A stretch of DNA of 64,000 bases from the NCBI RefSeq assembly GCF_009914755.1, contig NC_060940.1. One strand, 5' to 3'. The DNA is from the human T2T-CHM13v2.0 reference genome, Homo sapiens. The translations under genes and the position numbers were made by a program. Every line of letters starts with the position of its first letter. Positions within the stretch are counted from its first letter, which is position 1. Positions 14,501-34,329 of this stretch are shown in pieces. The notes under the pieces are model-generated. The model was not told where the DNA came from. It worked only from the letters and a program-made list of their open reading frames with translations, and ran no database searches.

Positions 14501-14982
14501 GGCCAAAATTCCATGCCTGTCGATCAGGTATTCCTTAAATCCCTGGTTAGTGGTGCTGGCTGAGGCCCTGAGGAAAGGAAAGGCAAACCTACATCTGGAA
14601 TGGATACCAATTGCTGTGAGGAAAAAAACCAAAACAAAACAAAACACCGTGGACCCTTCGAGGATAAAAGGAGCCCAACATAATCAACTTTCCATCTAAT
14701 GGCTGGTTGTCACATTGGAGGCTCAGCACTGATATGTGTTGCTGGCAAGTGGGACACTCAGAGACAACCGTAGCTATATCAACCTTGGTGAGTGAAAGCC
14801 CATGCCACTGAGTCCATGTATAGCCTCCATTTCTGCCTCTCTGGTCACTTCATTCATGGGCCATTGTGCTGGGGTGGCCAGTGACAAAAACTGGCTAATA
14901 TTAACTCACCAAGTCATTTTGTTTACTTGATTGTTTAATGCTCCTTCCATGATAATAATTTCATTTTAATGACGTTTTCAGG

Positions 14983-15092
14983 GGCCAGGTGTTGTGGCTC
15001 AGGCCTGTAATGTCAGTGCTTTGAGAGGCCAAGGTAAGAGAATTGCTTCAGGCCAGGAGTTTAAGACCAGCCTGGGCAACATGCCAAGACCC
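14983..15092 (+). mobile_element. Alu left monomer inside the ERVL fragment
   Basis: ggccaggtgttgtggctcaggcctgtaat...cctgggcaacat. Confidence 0.85.
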
Positions 15093-15784
15093 TTGTACCT
15101 TTGTAATGAGCATTAGTGTGTGATACAACAATCTTTGTACTTCATTCATGTCAATTCTCATAGGCCTATCTACATGCTGGTACCCCAGAAGTCCTTGTCT
15201 CTGTATCTTTCAGTCTTCCGTGTTTCTGACTAGTAGGCCAAGCCATTTGTCACTGCCCATGAATCCATACATACTCTCGTCACAAGCCCACTCCTTCCAC
15301 ACAAGGTGGATGACCATTGCCTGAACTGGGACCATCAGAAAGATTTTCCCTCTCCACTGTCTTTCAAGGCCACCCGTCAATGAAGTTGTAATGCAGCTGC
15401 CATTCATTTTTGGCTTGAGTAACCTATTCATTACCTCAAAACCCAGGCTTTGTCTACCTCCTTCACATGGTTGTACATATGTGTGTATATATAAATGTGT
15501 GTACATAGGTTATGGTATGTAGGCCATAGGTGTGACTTAGGGAAGAATTCTGGGTGAACTGTGGTGGATGATGGGGGGGTCCGCTCATGCAGCTTACATG
15601 TGCCCCGTGGTCCTGCTCGTGATTATCCTGTATGTAGTATTTCTATTTTATAATAGATTATTGGCAAGCCATCTTAACTTTATGACTTACTGAGTTCAGC
15701 AGTTCTGGACATACGGTCACTAAGTGTCACATGGTCAAATTTCCATCTCTGTCAGGTCCCAGTATCATATCAGAAGCTGTTTTT

Positions 15785-16080
<296 letters not shown>

Positions 16081-16704
16081 CAGAAGCTGTTTTTTAAAAG
16101 TCATATAATTTTATGCTATAGATGTCACAGACCCCAGGTTCTGCACTGTGATTCTTCCTCTAGAGTTTACTATAAACACACTGCCCTTTTTATCAAAACT
16201 GATACATATAATACCATAGGGTCTGCTGGATTGTATGACTCAAGTGGCTGGGCGACTTGCATCACAGCCTGTACCTTCTAAAGAGCTCTTGTTCCCAGCC
16301 CCACTCAAAGCTGGCAGCCTCTTATATTGCCTGATACGTACGTAGGTGAGCTCAGTATACCTAGTTGTGGAATGTGTGGCCTCCAGAACATAAGGAGGCT
16401 TAATAGGCATGTGTCTCCTACAAATAATGAAAGTATTGCCTCTTCCTTTCCAATTTAAGACCCCATTTTTCTTTCTCTTCCCTAATCGCATTTGCTATTC
16501 CTTCCATGACAGTGCTAAGTAATAGTAGTGAAAGTGAACTACTAAAAATTTATTGGCCTGGTGCATTTTGAGGTGTAGCTTTCTGACGATCAAAATTTTT
16601 TTTGTATCATAATTTGTCCATTTAGATTTGCTGTCTTCTCTGGAGCTAGATTTTTATTATTTATATTTTCCTAAAAATACATCCATTTTAATAATGGTTT
16701 CAGG

Positions 16705-16997
16705 GGCCAGGAGCTATGGCTTATGCCTGAAATCTCAGTGCTCTGAAAGGCCAAGATAGGATAATCTCCAGAGGCCAGGAGCTGAAGACGAGTTTGGGCA
16801 ACATAGCAAGACTCTGTCTCTACAAAACAATTTAAAAATTAGCTGGGCGTGATGGTACACATGTGTAGTTTCAGCTACTTGGGAGGCTGAGGCAAGAGGA
16901 TCACTTGAGCCCAGGAGTTCAAGGCTGCAGTGAGCTATGATCATGCTGTTGCACCCCAGTCTACGTGACAGAGACTCTGTCTTAAAATAAATAAATA
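16705..16997 (+). mobile_element. Alu (J-like)
   Basis: Diverged dimeric Alu. Confidence 0.9.
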
Positions 16998-18539
16998 TGT
17001 AGAGTTGAGAAAAGCAATCAGTTATAATTTGTTTTATATTTTATCTGAATCTGTTCTCTCCACATTCTAATTTTTTTTTGTTTATTTATGTTTCTTTTTT
17101 CTTGTTTAAACTACTTATTAGCTAAATGGTTTGTTGGTGCCCTCCAATTTCTTGAATTGGAAACTTAAACTTTTATTCCTATGTGAATAACATAAATGAA
17201 CATAAATATTTAACTAATGTTACATATTATCCTCTGGTTATCTATAACTTCTGATAAATCTTTTTCTGCTATCTTTTTTTTTAAAGAAATTGTGTAATTT
17301 TGGACTTGATTTCCTTTTGTCCTTTGTTAAGAAAGTTGTAAAAATATTTCTAGGGTGTTTTTCCCCATTTGATCAGATAATTTTATCTGTACTAGTTTTA
17401 TGATACTTTGTGGAATGTATTGTTTTTTTAAGGGCTAATATAGAGTTAACTTTTGTAAATGTCCCAAAGTTCTTAAAATATATGTATGTGTAATATGAAT
17501 ATAATATGTATATTAGATACATATTTAAAATGAATATTACAAATTGTTTAAAAAATTTAACTTTCTTAAAACTTAAAATTACTTAAAAAATTTAAAGACA
17601 TTTTTATCAAGAACACTTTTTGCCATCATTGGATTGCTAAACCTTCATTGTGGTTGTATTAATTCTATTTCTGTATAACAAATTACCCCCAAACTTAGCA
17701 ACATCAAACAACAAACATTTATTATTTCAGTTTCTTTGGATCAGGAATCTAGGCTCAGCTTAGTTGTGTCCTCTGGGTCAGTCTCTCTCACAAGGCTGCA
17801 ATTAAGGTATCAGCCAGGATTGCAGTCATCCTAAGGTTCAACTAGGGGAGGATCTGCTTACAAGCTTACTCTCCTGGCTCTTGGCAGGCCTCAGATCCTT
17901 ACCGACTGTTCAACAGAGACGTGAGTTCCTGCCCAGGGACATGTAGGCCTCTCTGCCAGGCAGCCTACAGTGTGACAGTTGGTATTCCTTAGAGGGAGTG
18001 AGGGAAAAAGCAAGAGAGAATTTAAGCAAGATGGAAACCAGTCTTTTTATAACTTAACATGGAACTGACATCTCATCATTTTTGCCATATTATTTTGGTT
18101 AGAAGAGTCAGTAGGTACAGTGCATAATCAAGGGGAGAGGATTGCCTAGGGCATAAATACGAGAAACTGTGGAATTCCGGGGACTATTTTAGAGGCTGTC
18201 TACTCTAGTCTTCCTTCTGTCCCCAGTGATCATGTTCCTCATCCATGCAATACTCTCATCCTCCTTCCCAGTCCCCCAAAGTCTAATCCAATTATGATCA
18301 GCTTAAAGTTCAGAATCTCATCACCTAAATAATGTCCAGGTGTAGATGAGGCGCCTCAGGTGTAGTTCCTCTGCAGCTCTGCTCAATCTGTAAAAGTCCT
18401 CCCCAACCAAGCCCAACATACAGTAGTGAGACAGACAAAGGATAACCATTTTAGACATTTTTGTTTTAGAATAGAGGAAATGGGAGGCATAAAGGTCCAG
18501 TGCAATTCTGAAAGCCAGTTACTCCAATGTGAGAAATTG

Positions 18540-18830
18540 TTTGTTTTTTGAGACAGGTTCTTACTTTGTTGCCCAGGTGAAGTGCAGTGGTACAATCATG
18601 GCTCACTGTAGCCTTGACCCGCTGGGCTCAAGCGATCATCCTACTTCAGCCTCCCGAGTAGCCTGAACTACAGGCACATGCCACAATGCCTGGCTAATTT
18701 TTATATTTTTTGTAAAGACAGGGTTCTGCTATGTTGCCCAGGCTGGTCTTGAACTCCTGAGCTCAAGCAATCCACCCACCTCAGCCTCCCAAAGTGCTGA
18801 GATTACAGGCATGAACCACCACTCCTGGCC
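18540..18830 (-). mobile_element. Alu (J-like) nested in MLT1-int
   Basis: Reverse Alu consensus. Confidence 0.9.
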
Positions 18831-19452
18831 TTCCAGTGTTAGAAGCTTTTTGATTAGGTCTCAAGACCTAGGAATTATTCTTCATGGCCTTCAGCTCTGC
18901 TCCTTGGGCTCAGGTTTCACTCTCAGAGTTACCTTTCCTTTTGCAAGAAAGGTAGCACATGCTACAGTTGAGAAATCGCCTCGACCTTCTTTACTTGTCA
19001 TTCATATTGGCAGTCTAATAGTCTTTTTTCATTTCATGCTGTACTTTTCATTCTGTGCTTTTCAGTTCAAGCTGGCTGAGTTCTTCCTGATAAAATTCTT
19101 GCAAAAACCTTGTGGGCTTCCTGTGACTCTTATTAGGGTTTACTCCATTACACAAAAGTCAAACCAGAAATCTTTTCTCGATAAGTCTTTCTTTACCTTC
19201 GGTTCCTGCTTAAAAGTTTGAGGGTCAAGGCACATAAGTTTTCTGAAGGCCTTACTGTTTGAGAGGATCTATGAAGCATACCCTTAATCTTTTTCAAAGG
19301 CCCTTTGTGTGACTGAATAGTACTCTGATGGTACCACTTTTTACCTTTCTTAATATAACAGAAGTTTTTACAGTCACATTCTTAGTGTCATCTTTAGACC
19401 AGGGTTCTCCTGGTGGTGCCCACAGTATGAACTTTTCTTGGGAGCTATTTCT

Positions 19453-19756
<304 letters not shown>

Positions 19757-19824
19757 TAATGTTAGCATCTTCTAAATCTGGAGAGTTTAGAATTTTCAAA
19801 AACATCAAGTCCTGATTTCTTAAA

Positions 19825-24720
<4,896 letters not shown>

Positions 24721-26619
24721 TCCTCTCCAGTTCTGATTTCTTTTCATTTTACCATTATTCCTTTAATTTATCCCACATTTTACAATAAACAACATAACAA
24801 CTTAGACAGTAACTTCAACACTTTGTTCGGAAATCTAAGCTAGATCACCCAGTTCATTCAATGCATATCCTGCTTTCCATGTTACTGAAGGCAATAGTGT
24901 TGTTAAGCTTTCTACCATGACATAAAAAGGATCTCTCTTTCACCACCTTCTAATAACATGTTCCTAACTTCCTTTTTTGCCCTTACTGGTGGCATCCTCA
25001 AAGTCCAGATTTCTATTAATAGTCTTTCAAGGCAACTTAAGCTTTCTTTAACAGAATCCTCAAAATCCTTCCAGCCTCTGCCCATGTTTGGTTCCAAAGC
25101 CAAGGTAGCACCCCACTTCCAAGTACCAAAGTCTGTATTAGTTATCTCTTGCTGTGCAACAGACTGTCCCAAAGCTTAGTGGCTTCAAACAAAAAGCCCT
25201 TATTATCTCACAGTTTCTGTGGACCAGGGATTGGGCATGGCTGAGCTGGACTCTCAGACTCAGAGTCTTTTATAAGGCTGTAATCAAAATGTCATTTGGG
25301 GCTGCAGTTACCTCAGGGCTCAACTAAGAGAGAATCCACTACCAAGCTTACTCATGTGACTGTTGGCAGGCCTCACGTCCTCATTGGCTGTTGCCCAGAG
25401 ACATCACTTTTTTCCACTTGGGCCTCTCCACAGAGCATCTCACAGTGGGGCAGTTGGTCTTCCTCAGAGTAAGTAAGGAAGAAAGAAAGAGAGTGAGCAA
25501 GATGGAAGCCAGAATTCTTCAGTAACTTAATCTCAGAAATGACATCTCAGTTGTTTTGCTGTGTTCGTTTGGTTACAAGAGAGTCAGTAAGTCTAGCCCA
25601 CACTTAAGGAGAAGGGATTATACAAAGACATGAATACCAGGAAGCAGGGATTGGGGGCTATTTTAGGGGCTATTTACCATAGTGGGGTATACCTTTAAAA
25701 CGATTATTATTAAAAAGCATTCCTTTTGAGTAACCCTTTTTGCCCTGAGTGCCTCTTCCCTACAATACTTACCAATATGGTGTATGAGCAGACTTTGGAT
25801 GTGGTGTATCAATTGTTTAATTTTTTTAATGTAAGGTTGAGCTTATTTCCTTTATTTGAAAGTCAATAGTAAATCATTTTTTTCTGTGAAGGGTCTGTTC
25901 TTATCTTTTGGGTACTTTTCTCTTGGATTACTGGTCTTCAGATTATTTGCTTTTGTATTATATGAGGATATTAGCTCCTTGTCTTTCATATGTGTAGATA
26001 ATATTTTTCACATTTTGTCATTCATCTTTTGATTTTTTTCATGATGTTTGTGCCAACAAATTTTAAAAAACTTTTCATTTAGTCACATTGATCAAGCATC
26101 TCTTTTATAGAGGAATTCTGTACTTAAAAAAGAAATTAATTCCTGTATTTCCTGCTAATTTATCTTTGATATCTTGCTATTGCCTTTTATAGGATAAATT
26201 TGAATCTCCTTATCCTGATCTTAATCTCATTCTTGCCTAGCTTCTTTCCTTTCACTCTTTGTAGAAACTCTTTACTAGAGTCCCACTGAACTCACGATCC
26301 CCAGCATGCTCACCTGTGTTTTTGTTTGACTCCTTCACATGCCTGCGGGAAGATACATAAAGGTAGAGTCTATGTTGGGGGAGCTTTTATAGGTCCAGAG
26401 CTTAGTTTGTTGAAGGAATAAATGAATTGAGATGATCAAAGAAGAGTAGTTCAAAAACAAAAGGAAAACATTGCCATTACACTGTTACTTGTTCTTCTAA
26501 TTCTCACCTTTTCCAAGAAGATAACATAACTGTGATAGTTCAGTTTTATAACTATCTCACAATTTCACAACTGCCATAGTTGTCTGAGACAAAATGTTAA
26601 GTAGGTTTCTGTGCCAAAG

Positions 26620-27018
26620 AAAGCCAGCAGGTAAAGAATTTATGTCCCATTCTGCCTGGTAGCTAAGTGTGCCCAAGTGGTTAGGTTCTGGATAATGGGA
26701 TATGAGAAGTAATAAGTAAAACTTAACACCTTCAAAATGGAAGGAGTGTGCCCTCCCCTCACTTTTCTCCCTACATGGGAATGTGGGCATGGGAACTGGA
26801 GAAGCAATCCGAGACTACAAAATGTAAGCTGTGTGTTGAAAATCAGAAAGCAAAAGGATAGAGGAGTTCCACTACCAGAATTGATGGTGTCATCTTTTCA
26901 GCCCCATGCTGCTAATGCTCAGACTGTTATATGAGACAAAAATCAACCACTGTCTTGCTTAAGCCATTAATATTTTGGCCTTTGTTACAGAAGTCAAATC
27001 TGTACCCTAACTTATACA
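26620..27018 (+). mobile_element. Old MaLR solo LTR (MLT1I/J-like)
   Basis: 3' end tatgagacaaaaatcaaccactgtcttgcttaagcca...ttgttacag...ctaacttataca is typical of MLT1. Confidence 0.6.
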
Positions 27019-29102
27019 GTGCCCTTAGGTGTTACATCCCACCTCTGGGATCATTCCCTGCTAATTCCTTGTGACAAGTTGGTATCAGGCAGCTAGGGAA
27101 TTGAAAGCATGGGAGGTTTGGATCAAGAAAATGATAAGAATATTATAAAATTGAAGAAAGAAGAGGAGGAGGGTGAGAGAATGTGAGATGAATGTCAGCT
27201 GAGGTCATCATTGCAAAGCCACTTGTGATGAGAACTGAAGCCTGCTCCATGACCATGATGAAGAGTCACTCAGGAACCTTTTCAAGATCAGACAGGGATA
27301 CATGGAAAATGAACCTCTCAGAAGTAGAAAATGAAAGGAGAATGATATGAAGTAATACAAGGAAACACACAGTAAAAGAGCAGGCTAGCCTCTACTTTGC
27401 AGCAGTAATGTAATGAGGCCTAAACTCTGTGATTGTTAAAATTAAACAGTAAAAAAATACCAGGGCAGGGGGGAAAGGGCAAAAGATACAATCCTGGCAA
27501 AATGGACCCTGGGCTCCTATTTCGGACACCTGGTTTCCATTAATCTCTCATCCCTGTAGATTCTTATGGTGCCTCATGCCTCCCCCTAACCTTGTCCTGA
27601 GCTGGTGTGTAAATTAAACCCCTAGGTTTAATCTTTATAATATTATAGGAGGGGGAACAAAGATACTAAAAGTTGAAAATGGAGCCAGATTCCACAGGAT
27701 CCACATATGTACTAGTAGAATGGCCCAAATAGGTAACAGGGACAAGAGAAAGAACCACCATAAAACCAGATTTTATTTCCTCCTTTGAACCCCTACCTTC
27801 CCTTTCCCCTTTCCAAAATATGCATATACAGGTCGTGTTAAGAAAACCCTTTCCAGTTGGCCTTCTTCCAAGACAGGGTGCAGCTGGGCCGAAGGGCCAC
27901 ATGTTGAAGTTATTAATATGCCTATGCCCTTCTCCCCCACTGAGTTCACTGATCAAAGGCTCTGCCAGAGCAGCAGTGGATAGCCTCGCATAATGGGAAC
28001 TGAAATTTTACTTAAGAAACCAGCTTTGCCAAAACACACTACCTTTCTAAGTGAAACATTCCATGCACATATTAACCTGATTACAGAAAGGAAGGGGGAT
28101 CTTTTTTCCTTCAGTACCCTGCTAATAATTTTCTGTCAAGTCTGATTTGGCTTTAGCTGCACTCCAAGTTCTTGTGATGTGCCGCGTTCACCAGTAAACT
28201 AAAAACAGAAGGTGCTGCATAAACTCTGAGACAGGATACTCTGTCCATGAATGCAGACCCTGCAGAATTCAGTTCCCTGCCAACAAGGAAGGCCAGTGAC
28301 TTTTCCAGTCTCTGACAACCAGCAGCCTGCCTCTGATTCGCACAGTCGGTGAAGGAAACATATGGAGAAAATGGTGGAAATAATTAAGGGTTCTTGGAGT
28401 TAGCAGAAGCATTGACTCATTACACGGGGCCCCTGCCTCAAAAGGGAGTAAACCATTGTGCTTATTAGAGAAAAGAATGAATGGTAACAAAGCATTTTAA
28501 AGTCCCAATCAGTTCCAGCCCCAGGTTGAAGGGCTGGTTAGGTAAGAAAAAAGGGAAACAACCCAGATTTAAAGGAAGCGATATCATTTTGCTCTGCTTG
28601 ATAAATAGGAAAAGGTAGTTTGTGGTTTATTTTACTATATCCCAGGATAATTTGGTTCCTGCACAGCTGACAAAATTTTGTTCTCAGATATGATATCAAA
28701 GATCTACATATTATGTAGTTGCCCAAATAGAGGGCCAGTCCATGAAGAGTCTGAATAAAATTGTTGCTTCTCTTTCAGATGTGTCACAGGGCAGTCCTTG
28801 TTAGAGGATAGTGAGATGTGTTGAATGGTGTCTTTGGGATCCTCAAGCACAGATTGTAAACTCTGCTTCAAGTTTTACAGTGTCTCAGATTCAAATCTTC
28901 TTTGCCTGCAATGATAAACAGAGACACAGCCTTCTCTGAAAACAAATATATCTCATAAGGATGTCCTCCACTTCTCCAGTCCTCATCCCGCACAACCTAT
29001 AAGGTGCTGAGCAATTGATAGATCCTAGAAAAGTCCTGAAGTGCTTCAAGCAAACAAAAGGTAAATAAAAGGCAGCAACAGTCCAAGTCAGTCATTTCTA
29101 GG

Positions 29103-29339
29103 CATTTGCTTGAGGCCAGGAGTCTGAGACTGGCCTGGGCAACATAGCAAGACACTGTCTGCTAAATAAGTAAATAAATAAATAAGCAAGCAAGTCGGGT
29201 ATGGCGGTGGTGCGTGTAGTTCTAGCTACTCAGAAGGCTGAAGCGGGAGGGTTGCTTGAGCCTAGGAGATCGAGGTTGCAGTGAGCTGTGATTGCACCAC
29301 TGCACTCCAACCTGGGTGACAGAGTGAGACCTTGTCTCT

Positions 29340-29376
<37 letters not shown>
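29103..29376 (+). mobile_element. 5'-truncated Alu (J-like) with (CA)n tail
   Basis: Alu consensus ending in about 17 CA units. Confidence 0.88.
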
Positions 29377-29378
<2 letters not shown>

Positions 29379-30848
29379 CGTGCACGCGTGCGCAGAATTT
29401 GAGGTTTTTATCTGAAGAAAGGGAACTGTTAGGTAGATATTGGTAGCAAAACTGTCACATAATTAGATACGATATTTCATTCTTAGAACATCTGATGGCC
29501 TGGGTTTTTTTTTTTTTTTAATATTTTCTCTCATTATAAGAACTATCACATTAATACAAAGTGGATGTCCTAGATGTCTCAGACTATATGTCTTTACTGG
29601 GTTTGGTGTTCCTGTTGACATCCTTTTCTTTGGCTGTCTTTCTAGAATCCTGAAAGACTTGCTGCTTTTCAGATTGAAATATCTCATATTAATGCCAAGA
29701 TTAACATTCTGTTCTTCTTAGGCAATCAGAAATCGTATTCTAGATTCACACTGTTCATAATTTCTCAAAGTTATGGTAGAGAAGACAGGAACAAGGTCGT
29801 TACTTACAAAAATACCCTTGGCCTTTGAATCTCGCCTGTCTGTAGATTCACTCTTTCATGGCATTTAATAAAGAGCATGGCTTTAAAGTGCTGAGTCCAA
29901 ACCTAAAATTGAATAAATTAATCTGATCTTGAGTGCTTACCTTTATAGAGTTTAGTTGTGCTGGTTATATTTAGATATCAAAATGAAGGAAATAGTGTGT
30001 AAATTCCTGCTAGGAAATCACCATTTCTTGTATGTTAATATAGCCAGTCTTTATACCAAATGGAACTTTAAACTAAATAAAAACAAAACACCAAACTATG
30101 ACTTAGATCATTCTTGAAAAAGAAATATAAGAAGTGAGGTTTCCGAAAATATTTCATTTCCTTCAGTAAATGTCCTTCATTTATCTTTATCATACTATGT
30201 TATGGTGTGTTTTACCAAAAGAACATTTCAGCAGATGAAGAAAAAAAAGGCTTGAGCAGCATGACTACCCTCCTTGAGCTTTTGACTACGGAAGTTCATA
30301 GAAGAGGAAAAGATGTCCTGTGGTTCCCTCAGTGTATTATAAGGAAGGGCATTTATAATCAGTCACTGGAAGTGGGATCTTAACCCACCCCCATTCCTCC
30401 CATACACAAGAGAGGGAGGAAAGGAGAGAGAAAGGAAAGCAAGCGAGCAAGCCTGAGGAGTGTGTACATGTAGTCCTCATTCAAAAAAGGATTTGAGATA
30501 GCAAGCTGAGGATGAAGCAAGAGAATAGAACGGGATGACCTAGTGGTGGAAACAACAGCTATACATAATGGGCCTTTAGGAAAGGGGATTAAGTGAAGTA
30601 TTCTCAGCTGAATCAGTTGTTAACTATTGCATAGAATTTTCTTTCTTTCATATTCCTAACATTAATACATTACTAAAATTTTACTACATTACTAAACACA
30701 TTACTAAATAGGAGCTTCATTCTGATTGTCTCGATTTTTCCTCCTGTGAGTATTGTCATCTAGAAAAGCTTTTGTGAGTACTTAAAAAGCCCACAGTAAT
30801 TCACGTACAGCAATCCAAAACAACAAGTAATTTTTAGAGAATGCTTAG

Positions 30849-31158
<310 letters not shown>

Positions 31159-32276
31159 TAAGACTGTTTGGGCTGGCTACCTCATGATTCTGGGCATTTG
31201 CTTTAGTAGGTTTGCTTTGCCATTTTATTTAAGTGATATGAGTAGGAGTAAATCTCCAGGTTTCTGGGAGAGAAATGCCTTTATCTCCAATAAACATCAG
31301 GATGAAACCCAAAGTAGATCAATGGCATACTTTTAAGCCTTGTCAAATAACCTGTTGGGTTTTGTTGTTCGCAAGTAACTTTTCATCACTAGTGTATAAA
31401 ACTTTACTATGGCATCACTGTACCAAACCAGTTAAAACCAGGGATGTAACCAGCTACAAAACAGCCCAAGGCAATAAGCTGTGGTGTCAGGAAACAACAT
31501 TTATATTTAAATGTCTTCTTCACTAAAATAAACCTGAGATGGACCAGTTTTCTTGGCCCACTGTAATATTAGGCACATCTGGCATAACATGTAATTCTTG
31601 TTTTGTTATTTTTGAAATAACATTTAAAACACATTTTGTAAAAGTAATATACTTGGTATAAAGTTCAAACAGTAAAAAGGGAATACAATACAAATTAAGT
31701 CTCTCTCCCATCCCTGATGCTCCCAATTCCTCAAAAGTGACAGTTGTTACTTGTGAGTCCCTCTTATATTCAATATGTGTGCTTGCTTGCACACGCATGC
31801 TCTCTCTCATACACTCCCACATAGATACAGTATATATACATATAAAATAAATGTTAGCATACTATGTAACCTGTTCTGCATGTTTTATTTTTTAAAATCC
31901 ATTTTATTGTAGAAAATACACAAATATAGAAAAGGGCTTAAGACTTAAATGTACCGTTATTAACAATGTACTTGGAAGAGCAGAAGCTTTGAATTTCAAG
32001 TCTAATTTGTCAGTTTTCCTTCTGTGATATTTACTTGCTGTGACTAAGCCAAGAATCTGTGATAACCTAAGGTCACAAAGATTTTCTATCTTTTCTCCTT
32101 ATCCATGTGTGAAAAAAATATAAAACTGGACCTCTATGTAGCATGACTTTAAGGCAGACTGTACACCCAAAATCCCTTTTAGCAAAATAATAAAGTTTTT
32201 AGAAGATAATATAGAGGAATATTTTCATGACCTTGGGGTAGGGGGGATTTCTTTAAAAAAAAAAAATCATTTATGA

Positions 32277-32575
<299 letters not shown>

Positions 32576-32918
32576 TCATTTATGAGAGCAGGAAATGCTG
32601 ATAAATTTGACTTTACTAGGAACTTCGTCAGCATATCAAAAGGCATTACGAAGAACACAAAATGCAAGCCACAGAGTAAGAGGAAGTATCTGCAACATGT
32701 ATAACTAGCAAAGCACTAGCATTCAGAATATACAAAGAACTCCTACATTAGAGAAACAAATTCAAATCACAATGAGATACCAGTACAAACCTTTTAGCAG
32801 TACTATAATTTACAAAATTGACAATATCACTCTAGTGGTATTCAAAGCAACTGGAACTTTCATGCATTGTTAGTGGGAGTGTAAAATGGTATCATCATTT
32901 TAGAAAACATTTAGGTAA

Positions 32919-33470
32919 TGTATTATCAATTGCTGCATAATAAGTTATATATATTTAGCAGCTTAAAACAACACACATTTATTATCTCACAGTTTGTATG
33001 TGTCAGGAATCTAGATGCAGCTTCACTGAGTCCCCTGCCTCAAGGACTCTATCAAAGCCTCAATCAAGGTGTCAGTCACACTTGGGGTCTCACCTGAAGC
33101 TCAAACAGGGAAGGATCCTCTTTCAAGGTCATGTGGTTGTTGGTAGGATTCAGTTCCTTGCCTCTATCATTGAAAGCCTCAGTTCATTGCTGCCTATTGG
33201 TTGCCCTCATTTTCTTGCCACTGGACTGTGCCATGTGGCAGCTTAATTCATCAGAGCCAAGAAGGATGAGAAGAAAGTCTACTAGCAAGAGAGAAGTTAC
33301 AAACTTATGTAATGCAGCCATGGGAGTGACACCCCATCACCTTTGATGTATTTTATTGGTTAGAAGCAAGTTACAGGTTCCACCCAGACTCAAGACAAAG
33401 GTATTACACAAGGATACACATACCAGGAGGCTAAGATAATTTGGGGCTATTTTAGAGTCTGTCCACCACA
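32919..33470 (-). mobile_element. MLT1E/F-like solo LTR
   Basis: tgtatta...ccaccaca termini, homologous to the LTRs at 17655 and 25133; flanks ggtaa/ggtag. Confidence 0.8.
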
Positions 33471-34329
33471 GGTAGCAATCTTATAAAGTTATGTGTTATC
33501 TGGTTATGTGTTACCATTTACCATATGATCCCACATCTAGGCATTTATTCAAGAGAAATGAAAATATATGTTCATACAAAGATCTATACATGGATGTTTA
33601 TAACAACTTTATTAAAAATTGCCCCAAACTGGAAATAACCCAAATATTCATAATCTGATGAACAGATAGTTAAATCATAGCATAGCCATACAATGGAACA
33701 CTATTTTGCAATAAGAAGGAGGTACTGATACATGTAACAACATAGATGAATCTCCAAAGTCTTATGCTTAGTGAAAAAAGCCAGACACAAAAGGCTACAT
33801 ACTATATAATTCTGTTTATATTATATCCTATAAAAGGCATAGCTACGGGGAAAGAACACAGATTAAGATTAGTCATTGCCTAGGCTGGGGATTGGAAGGG
33901 CATTAACAACAAAGGAGGGAACATTATGGTGGTAATGGAAACAATTTAGTATTTATTTTTATATTTACTGGTGATTACACAGTAAAATATGTGTGATTAC
34001 ACACACACATATTTGTCAAAACTCATAGAACTGTGTACCTGAAAAGGATGATTTTTTTCTGTATGTTGATTATACCTAAATAAATATGACTTAAGCAAGT
34101 AAAAACATTAGTACTCAAGGATTTTTGTTGTTGTTGTTAAAGACAATAGAGTTTGAAGTTTGGCTAATGGATATATTCTATTTTGCTAATGAATTTTTGA
34201 AAATTAAAATATATTCATCTTTTTTCTGAATGTTGTTTTCCCCTCTATGGCAAAAATGCCTTCTCAATTTATTGACCATGTATTGAACTCATGGAATATT
34301 CGCCTCTCATTTGCCTTGTAATTTTGAGT

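Noticed and set aside
14110-14514. 134-aa minus-strand ORF as a novel gene
   Set aside because: Lies within LTR-like/ERVL-derived sequence with no recognisable domain or supporting exon structure.
27613-27648. Short palindromes attaaacc-ccta-ggtttaat and tataatattata
   Set aside because: Short AT-rich inverted repeats are expected by chance in 64 kb.
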